Origin: Neocallimastix sp. 'constans'
Lineage: Eukaryota
Length of the DNA: 64,000 bases
NCBI GenBank assembly: GCA_050613775.1
Contig: JBODTK010000011.1
Location: 1,488,001 to 1,552,000 of the forward strand
Direction: 5' to 3'
This document shows, piece after piece, positions 42,497 through 57,360 of this stretch. Numbering within the stretch: the stretch's first letter is position 1; each line of letters begins with the position of its first letter. The notes under the pieces were generated by a model. The model was not told the DNA's origin. It saw only the letters and a list, made by a program, of their open reading frames with translations, and did not search any database. The position numbers were made by a program, and so were the translations under genes.

Positions 42497-43715
42497 ATTT
42501 GAAATTAATATTTCATCAAATTAAGAAATTAAGAAATTAAGAAAGGTTAAATTTTTAATAGAAATGGTTACTATTAATTGATAATACCTATAAACAAAAA
42601 GATATAATTAATAATTAGTAGTAAATAAATAATAATTATTAAATAAATAAAATGTAAATACTAAATAATTGGTAGATTTTATTTATAATTATTAATAAAT
42701 ACATATATACATAATGCAGTAAAGAAGAGAATTACTATAAATAAAATAAATATTTAATAATTTAATAAAATATAAATATTTATTAATATTTATTTATATT
42801 TATTTATATTTAGTAATATTTATTTATAATATTTATTAATATTTATTACTTTTTAATATTTATATTTATATTTATATTTATTTATATAAATTTATTTAAA
42901 AAATATTCAAATTAAATAGGTATTAAAATAAAAAAAAATTATTTATTTACTTTTATTTTTTTTTTTTTTTTTTTTTTTTAGATTTTAATATATTAATAAA
43001 TTGTAATATAATATATATGTATATTCATGTTACATTGAATTTATTATAAGTAACAATTACTGAATATAATTTATATGTTAATAAATTAACAGTTTATATA
43101 TTTTGATTTTAAACAGAAAATTAAACAGAAAAGATCTTTATCTTTAAATACATGAATATCTATACATATACATATAAATATATAGAATATATAGAGAATA
43201 TAGAATATAATAAATAAAATATAATGAATAAATAATCAAATAAACCGTTAAATGAATAATTAAATAATAATAATAATAATAACAATGAAAAAAGAAGTTT
43301 ATTCATAATAAATTCTAATGGAATACCTTAATAGGTCCAAAATAAGTATTTACTATTATTGATAATTAAAAGAATATTTAGAATTTTTTTTTAATTATCT
43401 ATAATAATAAAGTATAGCAAAAAAATTTTTTTTAATAAAAATTCAATAAAATATAATAATAATAAATATATTATTTCATAATTTTTTTTTTTTAAATTAT
43501 TAATGATTTTATTAATAATCAATTCCATATTTATTCCATACTTATTACACTGTGTAATATTATTTTTTTATTTTATTTTATTTTATTTTTTTTTAAAATA
43601 TTACTCTACAGAACCAGTATGCTAAAACACAGAGTCTTAGCCCTCAAGTCCTATTATCAATATTAGTTATCATCATCATTAATTATTTTATACATCATAA
43701 TTTAATTATTATCAA

Positions 43716-43747
<32 letters not shown>

Positions 43748-44355
43748 GGTTAATAATTTTGTTTTAAATTGGGTTATAGGTAATTATAGTTTAATGGATT
43801 ATGAAAATTTATTAGAAATATCTATACTTCATATTAACTAATATTATTTATTATTTATTATTACATATTAATCATTATATTATAAATTATTATTTAATCA
43901 ATTATATACTATTTATTATTTAATTATTTATTATATATTATTTATTATATTATTATAATTAATTAATTATTTATTCATTTATTATTATTTAAAATTTGAA
44001 ATTAATCAAAGTGAAGATAAACCTTATTATATAATTTATATAATAAAAATAAATTAAATAAAGATTAAATTTGTACGAATCAGCGAACTTCAAACTAGTT
44101 AATTAAATAAATTAAATAATTTAATAATTTAATAATAATAATAAAAAAAAAAAAAAAATAAAAAAAAATTTTTTATTATTTGTTATTTTTTATTTTTTTT
44201 TATTTTATTTTAATTTCAATAATTCCATTAAATTATTTGTTTATTCATACTTAATTATTTAATATTATAATTATTAAAAAAATAAACATTATTTATTTAT
44301 TCTTCTTTCAATTATTAAATTAATAAAAATATGGCTTATTTCATATGGATAGCAT

Positions 44356-44753
44356 AATTTTCATCATTAAATTATTAAAATGAAAATGGCATTAGTTTTA
44401 ATTTTCATTATTAAAATTATTAAAATGAAAATGGCATTAGTTTTAATTTTCATTATTAAAATTATTAAAATGAAAATGGCATTAGTTTTAATTTTCATTA
44501 TTAAAATTATTAAAATGAAAATGGCATTAGTTTTAATTTTCATTATTAAAATTATTAAAATGAAAATGGCATTAGTTTTAATTTTCATTATTAAAATTAT
44601 TAAAATGAAAATGGCATTAGTTTTAATTTTCATTATTAAAATTATTAAAATGAAAATGGCATTAGTTTTAATTTTCATTATTAAAATTATTAAAATGAAA
44701 ATGGCATTAGTTTTAATTTTCATTATTAAAATTATTAAAATGAAAATGACATT
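44356..44753. repeat. Minisatellite, 45 bp x ~8.5, near-identical units
   Basis: Unit attattaaaatgaaaatggcattagttttaattttcattattaaa. Confidence 0.95.
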
Positions 44754-46558
44754 ATTTTATTCATTATTTTAATTATCTTTATTTATATAATTCGTTTTTA
44801 TTTTAAATTATAAAAATTAATAAGAAATTACATGAATTAAAAAAAAAAAAAATGAATATTATTATTTATTATTTATTTATTATAATTTTATTAATTATGT
44901 CAATATTTACTAATTATTGTTATTAGTAAATTTTATTATTTTTTAGCCATGAATTATCGTGCAATTGAGAAATGGAATTAAGAATATGAATTAAATATTA
45001 TTAATTTATTATTAATATTATTAATTAATTAATTTAGATTATATTTTTTTCTTTAAAAAAAAATGTGATGTTACTATTATATATTTCTTTTATTTACCGT
45101 TATATTTTCCATGTTCAAATTAATATTTATCTATAAATGACCGTTCATTTTTGAAATGGATAAATGGAAAATTGGAAATATATATATATAATTATTATGG
45201 AGGGAAATTATTAATAATATTCATTAGGAAATTAAAGGAAAAAATAAAATTAAATATAAAAAATTTTTTGATTGTTTTATAATAAATAATAAAAACATAT
45301 ATATTTATATATTATATTTTTTAATTTTTTTATTCGTTCAAAGGAATATATATATATGTATATATATAAAAGAATATTTCTGTATATAAATAAAAAATTT
45401 ATAGTGTTTTTCATTTATATACTTAATATATATTTTATTATTTTCTATATATATATTCTATTCAATTATTTATTTATTATTATTTATATTGTCATATATT
45501 TCATATATTATGTTCAAATTATTCTATATTTATTTATAATGCATAATATAGAATATAAATAATTTTCATATATATTATAATATATTCTATATTAACTATG
45601 GCTCTTATTTTTTTTATTTTTTTTTCAAAAATTTTACAAAAAAAAAAAAAAAAAAGATACCGTCTTTTATTTGTTATTCAAAAATATTTTTTTAAAAATA
45701 ATTTTACTTGATCTTTTTTTTTATTTTATTTTTATTGTATCTAATAATATAATGATAAGTATATAATTATCTAATATAAATATTTAATATAATATTTTTT
45801 TTTTATTTTTTACTTTTTTTTTATTTTTTATTTTTTTAATCTTTTTTTTTTTATCTTTTTTTTTTTTTTTTTTTTTAATTTTTGTTATTATTATTTTTTT
45901 AATATTTCTAAAATAAGAAAAAATAAAATTAAATATTATCTTAATTAGGAAACCTTTTTTAGCACGTTTTTTTGTTGGAAAAAAGTTCAATAATAAAAAA
46001 TAAATGAATATATTATTTAAATAGATAATATATAAATGATATATTATAAATAATATTTATTAATCAAAGTAATATATTTGCAATATGTAAAAGGTATATA
46101 ATTTATTATATGCTAGAATATATATTAATATATAATAAATACTTTTATATTTTTATATTTTTTTAATTTATTTTAATTGAAAGAGAATTAAGTAAAAAAA
46201 ATATATATATATGTATATAAAATAATAAATAATAAAAATATTTAAAATATTACATATTAATAATATATATATTTATATATCTACATCTATTTTCATGGAT
46301 CATCCATACTTTTTATGTCTCTTCTAAAATAAAAAAAAGTTTTAATACTTTTATTATTATTATTATTATTTTTTTTTACTATATTCTATTTCATTTTTAT
46401 ATTTATTTCAATTTTATATTTTATTTAATTTATTACTAAAATTCATTATTATTATGTATTCATTTTTTCAATGATTATCCATTTCTATAATTTATTATCA
46501 TTATATATATATATATATATATATATAAAGAATATCATGATAAAGAATTCTAAAATAA

Positions 46559-46605
<47 letters not shown>

Positions 46606-46766
46606 AAAAGAAATTTTGTTAGGCTAATTAAAATTTTATTATTATATATTATTAATAATTATTTTTAATAATAATATAAAAATTATTTATTTTTTTTTAA
46701 TTAATACTAATAATAACAAAAATTAAAATAGAAAATTAAAAAATTATTTATTCATTTTTTTATATT

Positions 46767-46811
<45 letters not shown>

Positions 46812-47330
46812 TATAATTAAAATTATATAATTTTATATAAAATTTAATTTTTTTTTTCCATTTTATAATAAAAAAATAAAAATTATAAATAGAAATGGCA
46901 AACAATTAAATAGACTCCTTTTTCTTTATATATATATATATTTTCTTCTTAAAGAGAAGAAGGGAATTTCAATTCACTAATAAACAATAATAATAATAAT
47001 CACAAAAAGAAAAAAAAATTTTTTTTTGAAGGTCATTCAATTTTTTTAAGTATCTTATGATATAAAAAAATTTGTTGAATTTTATTTCATTTTTATTAAT
47101 AGGTTACTTGTTTTATACTACTTTACTATCCATTTAATTTTATATTTATTAATACTTTGATTTATTTTTATTTTTAATTTATTTTAAGTCATTCTATTAA
47201 TATTTTTTTTCATCCCCATATTTATTTAATAAATAAATAGATAAATAAATATGGGAATGTATAATAAATATCTGCATTTTGAATTAATAATAAAAAGAAA
47301 TATTACATAATACTTTAATACAAATAATGC

Positions 47331-47364
<34 letters not shown>

Positions 47365-48734
47365 TCATACGATATAATGCTATGAATCACTATATAATAA
47401 TATAATATATTCTTTATTAATATTTATTGAAAAAAATTTAACAGTTTTTATAAATAATTTCTCAACTTTTTTTTTTTTTTTTTTTTTTATTTTTTTATGA
47501 AAATGACTTCAATTTAATAATAAATAATAATTACTAATAAATAATAAATAATAATAAATATTAGTTAATAATTAATAAAATAATAAATTACGATTCAAAA
47601 CAATACAAATATTATATAAATATTTTTATAATTACTTTTATGAAACAAAGGGAAATAAAATACAATAATACGTTTTTCGTTATTATTGTTATTTAATTCA
47701 TTTAAAGTTATTAATATTTTCATTATATATATATATTATATCTATAAAGGATTAATATTTTCATTGTATATATAAATTATATCTATAAAGGATAAGTAAA
47801 TAAGCCATAAATAATAAAAGCGTTTTTTAATTTTATATTATAATCATATTTTATTTTATATTATTTTATTAATTTAAAATTAATTATACTAAATTAAAAA
47901 ATAATATAAAATAATATGGAAATCAAATCAAATCAAATCATAGGTCCATTTTTAATAAAAAGAAAATATCAAATGAAAAGAAAGTTGAAAAGAGAAAAAC
48001 AATGAGAAAAAATTTTTTAATAAAAAAATTAAAAAAAAAAAAAGATGTAAAATAAAATATAAAGATAAAAAATATAAAAAGTAAAATAAAATATTAAGAT
48101 AAATAATAATATATTATTATTATTTTTTTTATTCATAATAAAAGCATTTCATTCCATTTTAACTTAAATTTTATTTTATTTTTTTTTCTTTTTATTTCTT
48201 ATTTTTTTATTTTTTTATTTTTACTTTTTTTTTTATTATTTTTATTTTCATATTATTTTATTAATTTTATAATTTTTTTTTTATTTTTAAATCATTAAAT
48301 AATTTTCTTTTTATTTATTTTTATTTTTTATTTTATATTAATCTCCTTAATAATTTTTTTTATTTAATATTATTTTAAATTTTATATCATAAATGGATAA
48401 AATTATAATTATCAAATTAGATAAAAAAATGGTCAATAAAATTTTTTTTCATCGTAAATTAAATTAAATTAAATTAATTAAAAAACTTTCCGTTTTTTTC
48501 TTTAATAAAAATTAATTATTTAATTTTATTTATTATTAAACTTCATTTATTAATTAATTCTATTGATTAATTTTTAATTATAAGATAAATGATATTTATC
48601 CATGTTTAATTTAAATATATAATCATTTAATTTAATGAAGAATTATCCCAAATTTATTACCCAATTTAAACTTTATTTTAAACTTTCAAATCATTTAATT
48701 TATTTAAAACCATTATGATTTTAAAAAAATTTTA

Positions 48735-49035
48735 AAAAAAATTTAAATAATAAAAAAAATTTAAATAATAAAAAAAAATTTAAATAATAAAAAAAATTTT
48801 AAATAATAAAAAAAAATTTAAATAATAAAAAAAATTTTAAATAATAAAAAAAAATTTAAATAATAAAATAAAATTTTAAATAATAAAAAAAAATTTAAAT
48901 AATAAAATAAAATTTAAATAATAAAAAAAAATTTAAATAATAAAAAAAATTTAAATAATAAAAAAAAATTTAAATAATAAAAAAAAATTTAAATAATAAA
49001 AAAAAATTTAAATAATAAAAAAAAAATTAAATATT
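48735..49035. repeat. Minisatellite, ~19-20 bp x ~15
   Basis: Unit aaaaaaaatttaaataata. Confidence 0.9.
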
Positions 49036-50388
49036 AAGAATTATGAATTAAAAAAAAAAAAATTAAATTAAAATTACTAAAAATAATAAAAATTAATAAA
49101 AATTAAAAATTTATAAAATAATAATGATTTTTGTGTAACATATATATATTTTTTAATTAAATAGTATTTTTTTTTTCTCTCTTTTTTTTTTTTTTTTTTT
49201 TTTTTTCTTCATTTATTAAAATATTCTTTTTACATAAAAAAAAAAAAATAAAAAAATGATAAAAATTAAAGAATATTTTCATAAATAGTTTCATAAAACT
49301 ATATTAAAAATAATCATTAATAATAATAAAAATATTTTATAAAAATGAAAAAAATAAAAAAAAATTAAATAAAAATTTATTACAAATATATATAAAAGTA
49401 TATATATATATATAATAATTATTATAATAATAAAGATAATATTTTTAATAATAATAATTATTATAAATAAAAATTAGTTTTTATATTATTATAATAATTA
49501 TTATAATAAAAATAAATAATTTAAGAAATATATTTTATTATTATTATTATTAATATTTATTATTATTATTATTTAATTAATTTAAAACAAAACATAAAAC
49601 AAAAGGTAAAATAAAAGCAAAAATAAAAGTAAACCAAAAAAAAATTAAAAAAAAAAAAAAAATAAACCTTATCTATGATAGGTTCATTTCGTTTCATTTA
49701 AAAAAATTATTAGTGATTAAATAAAGTATATTTGAAAAGTTTCTCTCAAAAATATTAATAGTTTAAATATAAATATATAAAATAAATATAAAATATTAAT
49801 AAAATCTATAAAAAGTAATTTAATTTCTATTTGATAATAACTGAAAAAACAACAACAAAAAAAAAAAATTATAAGATTCAATACAAAATTGTAACAAATT
49901 CAAATGTCATAAAATAAAATAATAATAATAATAATAATTTTATTTAATTTTTTAATTTTATTATTATTATTTTTATTATTACTATTTTTTAATTTTTATA
50001 TAATTTTATTTTTTGGTTATTCTTTGTTTGGTATTTATATTATTAATATTAAATAGATAAAATGTTGACTTTTTTTTATTATTTATATTTATATTTACAT
50101 ATTTGTATGTTTATATTTAAATATATATATAGATAAATAAATAAAAAATAGAATATAGCATCATTTTACTCATGTCCTTAATACTACAATACTATTATTT
50201 AAAAAATTTTATATACAAATATATACAAATAGATATATATAATAGATGTATATATATAAAAGATGTATTTTTTTTTTTTCAAATTTTATTCTTTATTATT
50301 TTTTTTTTAATTTCTAATTTATTTTTTAACTCAGATGAATTTTAAATAATTTTTTTTTTTAAATCACTTCTTTAAATAGAAATTAAAG

Positions 50389-50422
<34 letters not shown>

Positions 50423-51370
50423 TATTATTATTATTGATGACACACTTAAACAATTATTTATTATTATTATTATTATTATTATATATTCTTAAAATTCTTC
50501 ATTTTAAATTTTATTATTTTATTATTATTATTTTTCTATTTAAATTTTATTATTTCATTATTATTTTTCTTTTTAAATTTTAAATTTTATATTTTAATTC
50601 TTTTTAAATTTTAAATCTATATAATTAAAATATATATATAATTTTAAATTAATTATTTTATTTTTTTTTTTTTTCTATTGACATCAAAATTTTTATAAAA
50701 AGAATTATTAATAAAAGTTTTTAAGTTTATTTTTCGTACATTTTTTCATTAAGAGTATAAGAAAAAAAAGAAAAAAGAAAAAGACTTTATAAAAAATATC
50801 TTATTATTATCATTATTAATACTATTATTATTATTATTATTTTGGTATAAAAATAAAAAATAAAGAATGATATTATCATTTATTGTAAAATTCTTATTTT
50901 ATTTTTTTTTTTTTTTTGATATTATATAAAGTAACTTGTATTTAATTTTATTTGTCTCTTAAGATAAAATAAAATAAGATAAAATAAAAAAGAAAATAAT
51001 AAAATATAAATATTAAATAATAACTTTATATAAATTATAAGAAATTAGTAATAATAAAATACTAAGAATACTAAGAGATAATAATAATTTTTAATGAAAA
51101 CTATAAAAAGTCAATTAAAAATTGTCATAAATACTTTTTTAATATATATATATATTATATTAAAAAATAATTAAATAAATGGTAAATAATCATAAATAAT
51201 CATAAATAATAAATAATAACAGTAAATAATTAATAATAATTTGTAGTTATTATCATTGTAACTAATAATAATAAATATTAAAATTTTGTTGGTTTTGAAA
51301 GAGTTTCACTTTTTAATTTAAAAATTTTATATATTCAATGATCTCCAAAAAAAAAAAAAAAAAAAAAAAA

Positions 51371-51775
<405 letters not shown>

Positions 51776-51813
51776 TCAATTTTTAATTTAAATTTTATAT
51801 ATTCAATGGTCTC

Positions 51814-51849
<36 letters not shown>

Positions 51850-53123
51850 ATTATTATTATTATTTTAAGTATTTTCATTCTGTATACTCCATAGAAATTT
51901 AAATTAATATTATAATCATTATCTATCTGTTAAAAAAAATTATATATACACTCAAATAACTATATTTAAATGCTTAATATGTATTGTACATGTAAATACC
52001 TAATATTTACTTCATAATAATAATAAAAAATATATTAAAAAAACTTATTTGAAATTCAGTTTTCATTATTATTTATTTATTTAATTATTTAAAATATATA
52101 ATATTTAATTATTTAAAAAATAAAATAAAATAAATAGTAGAATATGAATATAAATTACACAGATTGAATAAAATAAAATAAAAAGTTTAGAAAAAAAAAT
52201 TTTTTTTATCATTAAAATTATTTAAATCATTGATTTAATTAATCAAAATATGGTTAATGTCCATAGGAGGTAAGTCATTTTCTTTATGAGTAGTAGATTA
52301 ATGTTTGGATGAATGGAATGATTTATTTATTCCTAATGAGAATTTCTCTTAAGAATGATTTGTTTGAACCATGATATATAAAAAATGATGATATAATTTT
52401 AGAATTACATAGTTATAGAATAGAATAATTATAGAATTACATAGTTATAGAATTACATAATTATAGAATAGAATAATATATGCATAACAAGGATAATATA
52501 TAAATATAAATAATATATAATATGCACCAATAAAAAAATTTTATATTCATTCATAAACTTAATTAAAATTTTATCCAATTTTAATTTATTATTATATTTA
52601 ATAAATTTAATAATAAATATATAAAAAATATATATATTTTTATTTTTTTATTAATTAATTATTTATTTATTCATTACTATTATTGTAATGCTTATTATTA
52701 ACTACTATTAATATTTCTTTAAGTTTTACTTTAAAATAATGTTAAGTTTAAAATAATGTTAAGATTTACATTTATTTAAAGTTTTAGATTCTGTACATCT
52801 ATACATCTTTGATATATCCTTTTTAGTTAATGAATAATTATAAGAAAAAAAAAATTTTTTTTATTTCTGTTTTCATTTTTATTTATATATATATACATTA
52901 TATATATATTTTATTTTTATTTTTATTTTATTTTATTTTTTATTTTTATATATATTTTATTTTTATTTTTATATATATTTTATTTTTATTTTTATTTTTT
53001 TTAATTTTTTATTTTTTTATTTTTTGTTTTATATATATATATATATATATATATTTTGATTCTCTCTTAATCTAAATATCTTTACTTTTCACTTTCTACT
53101 ATGTTTTTATACTTTTTTTCTTT

Positions 53124-53352
53124 TAATTCTTAAATGGACTATAATTTGGTAAGGCAAATTTAAATGTACTGGTGGTTGAAGCTTCTGTAGCTTGATTTTG
53201 ATTTGTCTTAATGGAATGGAAACTTTCAGCGAACATAACACTACTGGTGTCATCACTGAAATTTTGTGCAACAACATTAGCATTATTACTATGGGCACCT
53301 ACTGAGTTGATAACTTCAAATTCTCTTGCTGTTGGTGCTGGTGAATTTATAT
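53124..53352 (-). other. Isolated coding-like fragment (possible last exon or pseudogene piece), product unknown
   Basis: GC-richer island with open frame INSPAPTAREFEVINSVGAHSNN...TSTFKFALPNYSPFKN*; no start codon or upstream exon recognised. Confidence 0.35.
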
Positions 53353-53587
53353 TAAATAAACAAAGTTTTCCTACTTTTATTTTTCTTAATATAAAAAATT
53401 ATTATTTTTTTAATTTTCAATTTTTTTTTTTTTTTTTTTTTAAAATCTAATATTAATAATTTGAGAGGCAGTTTAAAATTTAAATAATATAAATAATAAT
53501 AATAAATAATAATAATACTAATAAAAATAATAATACTAATAATAAATAATAATAAATACTAATAATAATAATAAATAATACTAATAC

Positions 53588-53630
<43 letters not shown>

Positions 53631-53638
53631 TAATAATA

Positions 53639-53671
<33 letters not shown>

Positions 53672-53684
53672 TAATAATAATAAA

Positions 53685-53716
<32 letters not shown>

Positions 53717-53729
53717 CTAATAATAATAC

Positions 53730-53760
<31 letters not shown>

Positions 53761-54031
53761 TATAGTAATAATAAAAAAAAAATAATAATAATAAATTATT
53801 ACAATAATTTTATTTATATACCATAAAATCAAAAAAAAAATTAGAATAAATTTTAAAATAGAATAAAACGTAAAATTAAAATAAATGAATAAATACAATA
53901 ATAAAACAAAAAAGATTAAAAAAAATTTTTTTATTTATATTTTCATTTTTATTTATTTATTCATATATATATTTTTATTTTTTTATTCTTATACTTATCA
54001 TTCTTATTCTTATACTTATTCTTATACTATT

Positions 54032-54085
<54 letters not shown>

Positions 54086-55029
54086 TTTTGTTTCATTTGA
54101 TTGAAAATAAAAGAATTTTAATAGATAATAAAATGTATATTTAAATATATATTATAATATAAAAAAAATTATTTTTGAATTTTTTATTTTTTTATTTATT
54201 TAATTTATTTTTTATTTTTTATTTTATTTTATTTTTATTTTTTATTATTTTTTATTTTTTATTTTATATATATATATTGATTCCCTTCTATTCTAAATAT
54301 CTTCCCTTTTCACTTTCTACTATGTCTTTCTACTTTTTTTTTCTCCATTATAATATTTAAAATATGTAATAATTATAAATTTTTAAATAGTGAAAGTAAA
54401 AAAAAAAAAAAAAATAATTTAAAACCAAATAAAATATTCTTAAATTTTTTAGAATTTAATATTATTATTAATTATAGTCACAAAAATTTTATAAAAATGT
54501 CCTAATTTTTTTTTAAAATTTATTTTTATTATTACTTATTATCTATAAATATTATTTTTATTTAATAATATTATTTTTGTTTTATAATATTATTCTTGTT
54601 TAGTAATATTATTTCTATTTATTAATATTATTAATATTAATAAATTGTTCATTCTATAAAAAATACTTTTCCACCTTTAATAAAAATTTAATAATATGTA
54701 TAAATATTTATTAACATATTAAATAATAAAAATTTTAATAAAAAATTCAAAAGTTTTACTAATAATATTGCTTACCAAAACTTTTATAAACTTTCAAATT
54801 TTTTGTTAAAATCTTAATAAACTTTTCATCATTTATATGAAAAATAAAAATTTATTATTATTGTTATTAATATTAATATTATTACTATTATTATTATTAT
54901 TATTAATTAATTAATTAAAATTTTTATAAAAATTTTAAAACTTAAAAAAAAACATTTATTTTTGACTTAGATATGAAATATTAGTTCTATTTTTCTTCAG
55001 TTTCAATTAATAATTATTCTTTTTTTTTC

Positions 55030-55782
55030 TTTCTTTTAAATACTCAATATCGTCCCATAGATATAAAAGAAATTCTATCTCAATTTTATTTCAAAGTTTT
55101 ATAGAATCAAAAAACTATTAAAAATAGATCATATCTTAAACGACTAATTCCTATATTTTTAGGACTTCATTCCTTCAATGAATTGTATTTTATTTTATGG
55201 ATTAATTGGAATACTTTGTTGAATATTCATTTCTGAACAAATATCAGAAAGAAATGTTCCATTTCTTTGAAGTGAAAAATCTTTAATATTACAATTATAA
55301 ATTATTTCTTCAAGATATTCCTTTTCATTTTTACTTCTTTTTTCGAACTTTTGTATAAATAATAACTCTCGCTGATTTAACATCCTATATACAATATATA
55401 TATATCAGTTAAATCATTACTTTTCATAAAATATAAATTATTAATTTCCTTATTTAATATTTTTAATTCATTTATAATAGACTTTTGCTCATATATTTAC
55501 AGCCCCTGTTTCTTTTTCAAAATCTATGTTAATATCATCATCCTTATAAACTAATTTTTTTATATAACTATCTAAATTTATTTTATTTTCATAATTGAGT
55601 TTACCAAAACTTTTAATTGCGTTTGGTATGCCTACTATAAATTTTGAATGTTCATATTTATTACTAAGTTTAATAAAATTTTTAATTTTATAATTAGCTG
55701 TAAAATCGGCGATATCATAATTTATTTTATCATATTTATCTAAAAACGTAGATATATACTTTAATATATCATACAAACTCAT
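55030..55782 (-). pseudogene. Degraded coding sequence, family not recognised
   Basis: Two protein-like ORF pieces in the same frame (55489-55782, 55195-55383) separated by stop codons. Confidence 0.4.
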
Positions 55783-57157
55783 ATTTTATTTTTTTTTTAC
55801 TATTTTTCAGATATCCTTTTTATTATTTTTATTCTATTTATTATTTTTATTCTATCTATTATTTTTATTCTATCTATTATTTTTATTCTATCTATTATTT
55901 TTATTCTATCTATTATTTTTATTTTATTTATTCTATTTATTCCTTTTATTTCTTTTTTGAAACAAAAGATATTGAAGAGAAAACAGAGATATATACTTTT
56001 TTTGTATATATATATTTATATTCTTTTATTAATACTATTTTTTAACAATCAATAATCAAAAAAGTTATTATAAAAATTAAAATAATATATTTATATTAAC
56101 ATTTATATTATAGCGGAATTCCAAGAAGAAATATTTTTAACATTAAATTAATATTTATATTATAGTAGAATTATAAGAATAAATATTTTTAACTTTTTAA
56201 TAATTAAAATTTTATAAAAATAATTAAAAATATTTCATGATATAAGTTATATTATTATTATTACATTAATAATTATTAAGGATAAATTAATATATTGTTA
56301 TGTTAATAATTATTAAGATATTTTTTATTATCTTTTTAATTAAATATATTTTTATTGTGTAATTTTGTTATTATTTTAAATAATTGTTTATATAATTTAT
56401 TGCTGCTATTATTATAATTATTTTAAAATTAAACGCAATACAAATTATATACAAATTATTACATAAAAAAAACGTTATAAAATATTTATGAATGTATTAT
56501 TTTTATACATAAAAATACACATAATATTCAATTTATAAAAATAAGATATATTAATCTATTTTATTCATGTATTTTTTATTTAATGATTATAGAAAGATGA
56601 AGTTGAGTTTTAGAAGATTTTGGATTAAAAGAAAATCTGAAGCCAAAATCTTCTAAAACTCAATTCATTTTCCTTTTTTTTTTTTTTTCTTAAAGTTGGG
56701 GTAGCGATAGGTTTAAGATTGTCATTAAGAATTTCTATGAACTCTCTTCTCTTCATTGGTTTCAGATTCATTATTATCTTTTTCTAACTTTCCTTTTTTT
56801 TTAATACAATCAAAAGATAACTTATAAGTTCTTCGTCTGAATCAGAACCACTAAAGTCCTCAGAAAGAATTTCAATTTCAATCTTCTTCTGAATCCGAGT
56901 CATTAGTTTCATCTTCTTCTCCATATGATTCATTATTTTGTACTTCTGGAGAATATTTATTAATATGTATCCACTGTGTTCAGGTTCTGCAGTTGACCGA
57001 AACTTGATGGAAGCATTGTATTTATTATTAATTATTAATTATTTATAATTTATAATTTATAATTTATTTATTTATTTATTTATTTATTTTATTTTTAGTT
57101 TATTAAAAATAAGAAATAAATGAACCTATATAAATAAAATTTCATATATATTTTATT

Positions 57158-57189
<32 letters not shown>

Positions 57190-57360
57190 ATTTTTTTTTT
57201 ATAATTTAATATTTATTTTTTTTAAAGAATTAAAGAAATTAAAAGAATAAATAGAAATTATATAAATTATTATTATTCTTGAAAAGAATATTTTAATACG
57301 TTATTTCCATTTAATAATATTATAAAATAATTGTAAAATTGTTTCCTTTAAAAAAAAGAA

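Noticed and set aside
44367..44772. Repeat ORFs, or a CRISPR-like array
   Set aside because: Units are identical with no unique spacers; the ORFs arise from the 45-bp period.
56965..57016. MLPSSFGQLQNL as an LRR gene start
   Set aside because: A single short motif followed quickly by a stop; no further LRR units.
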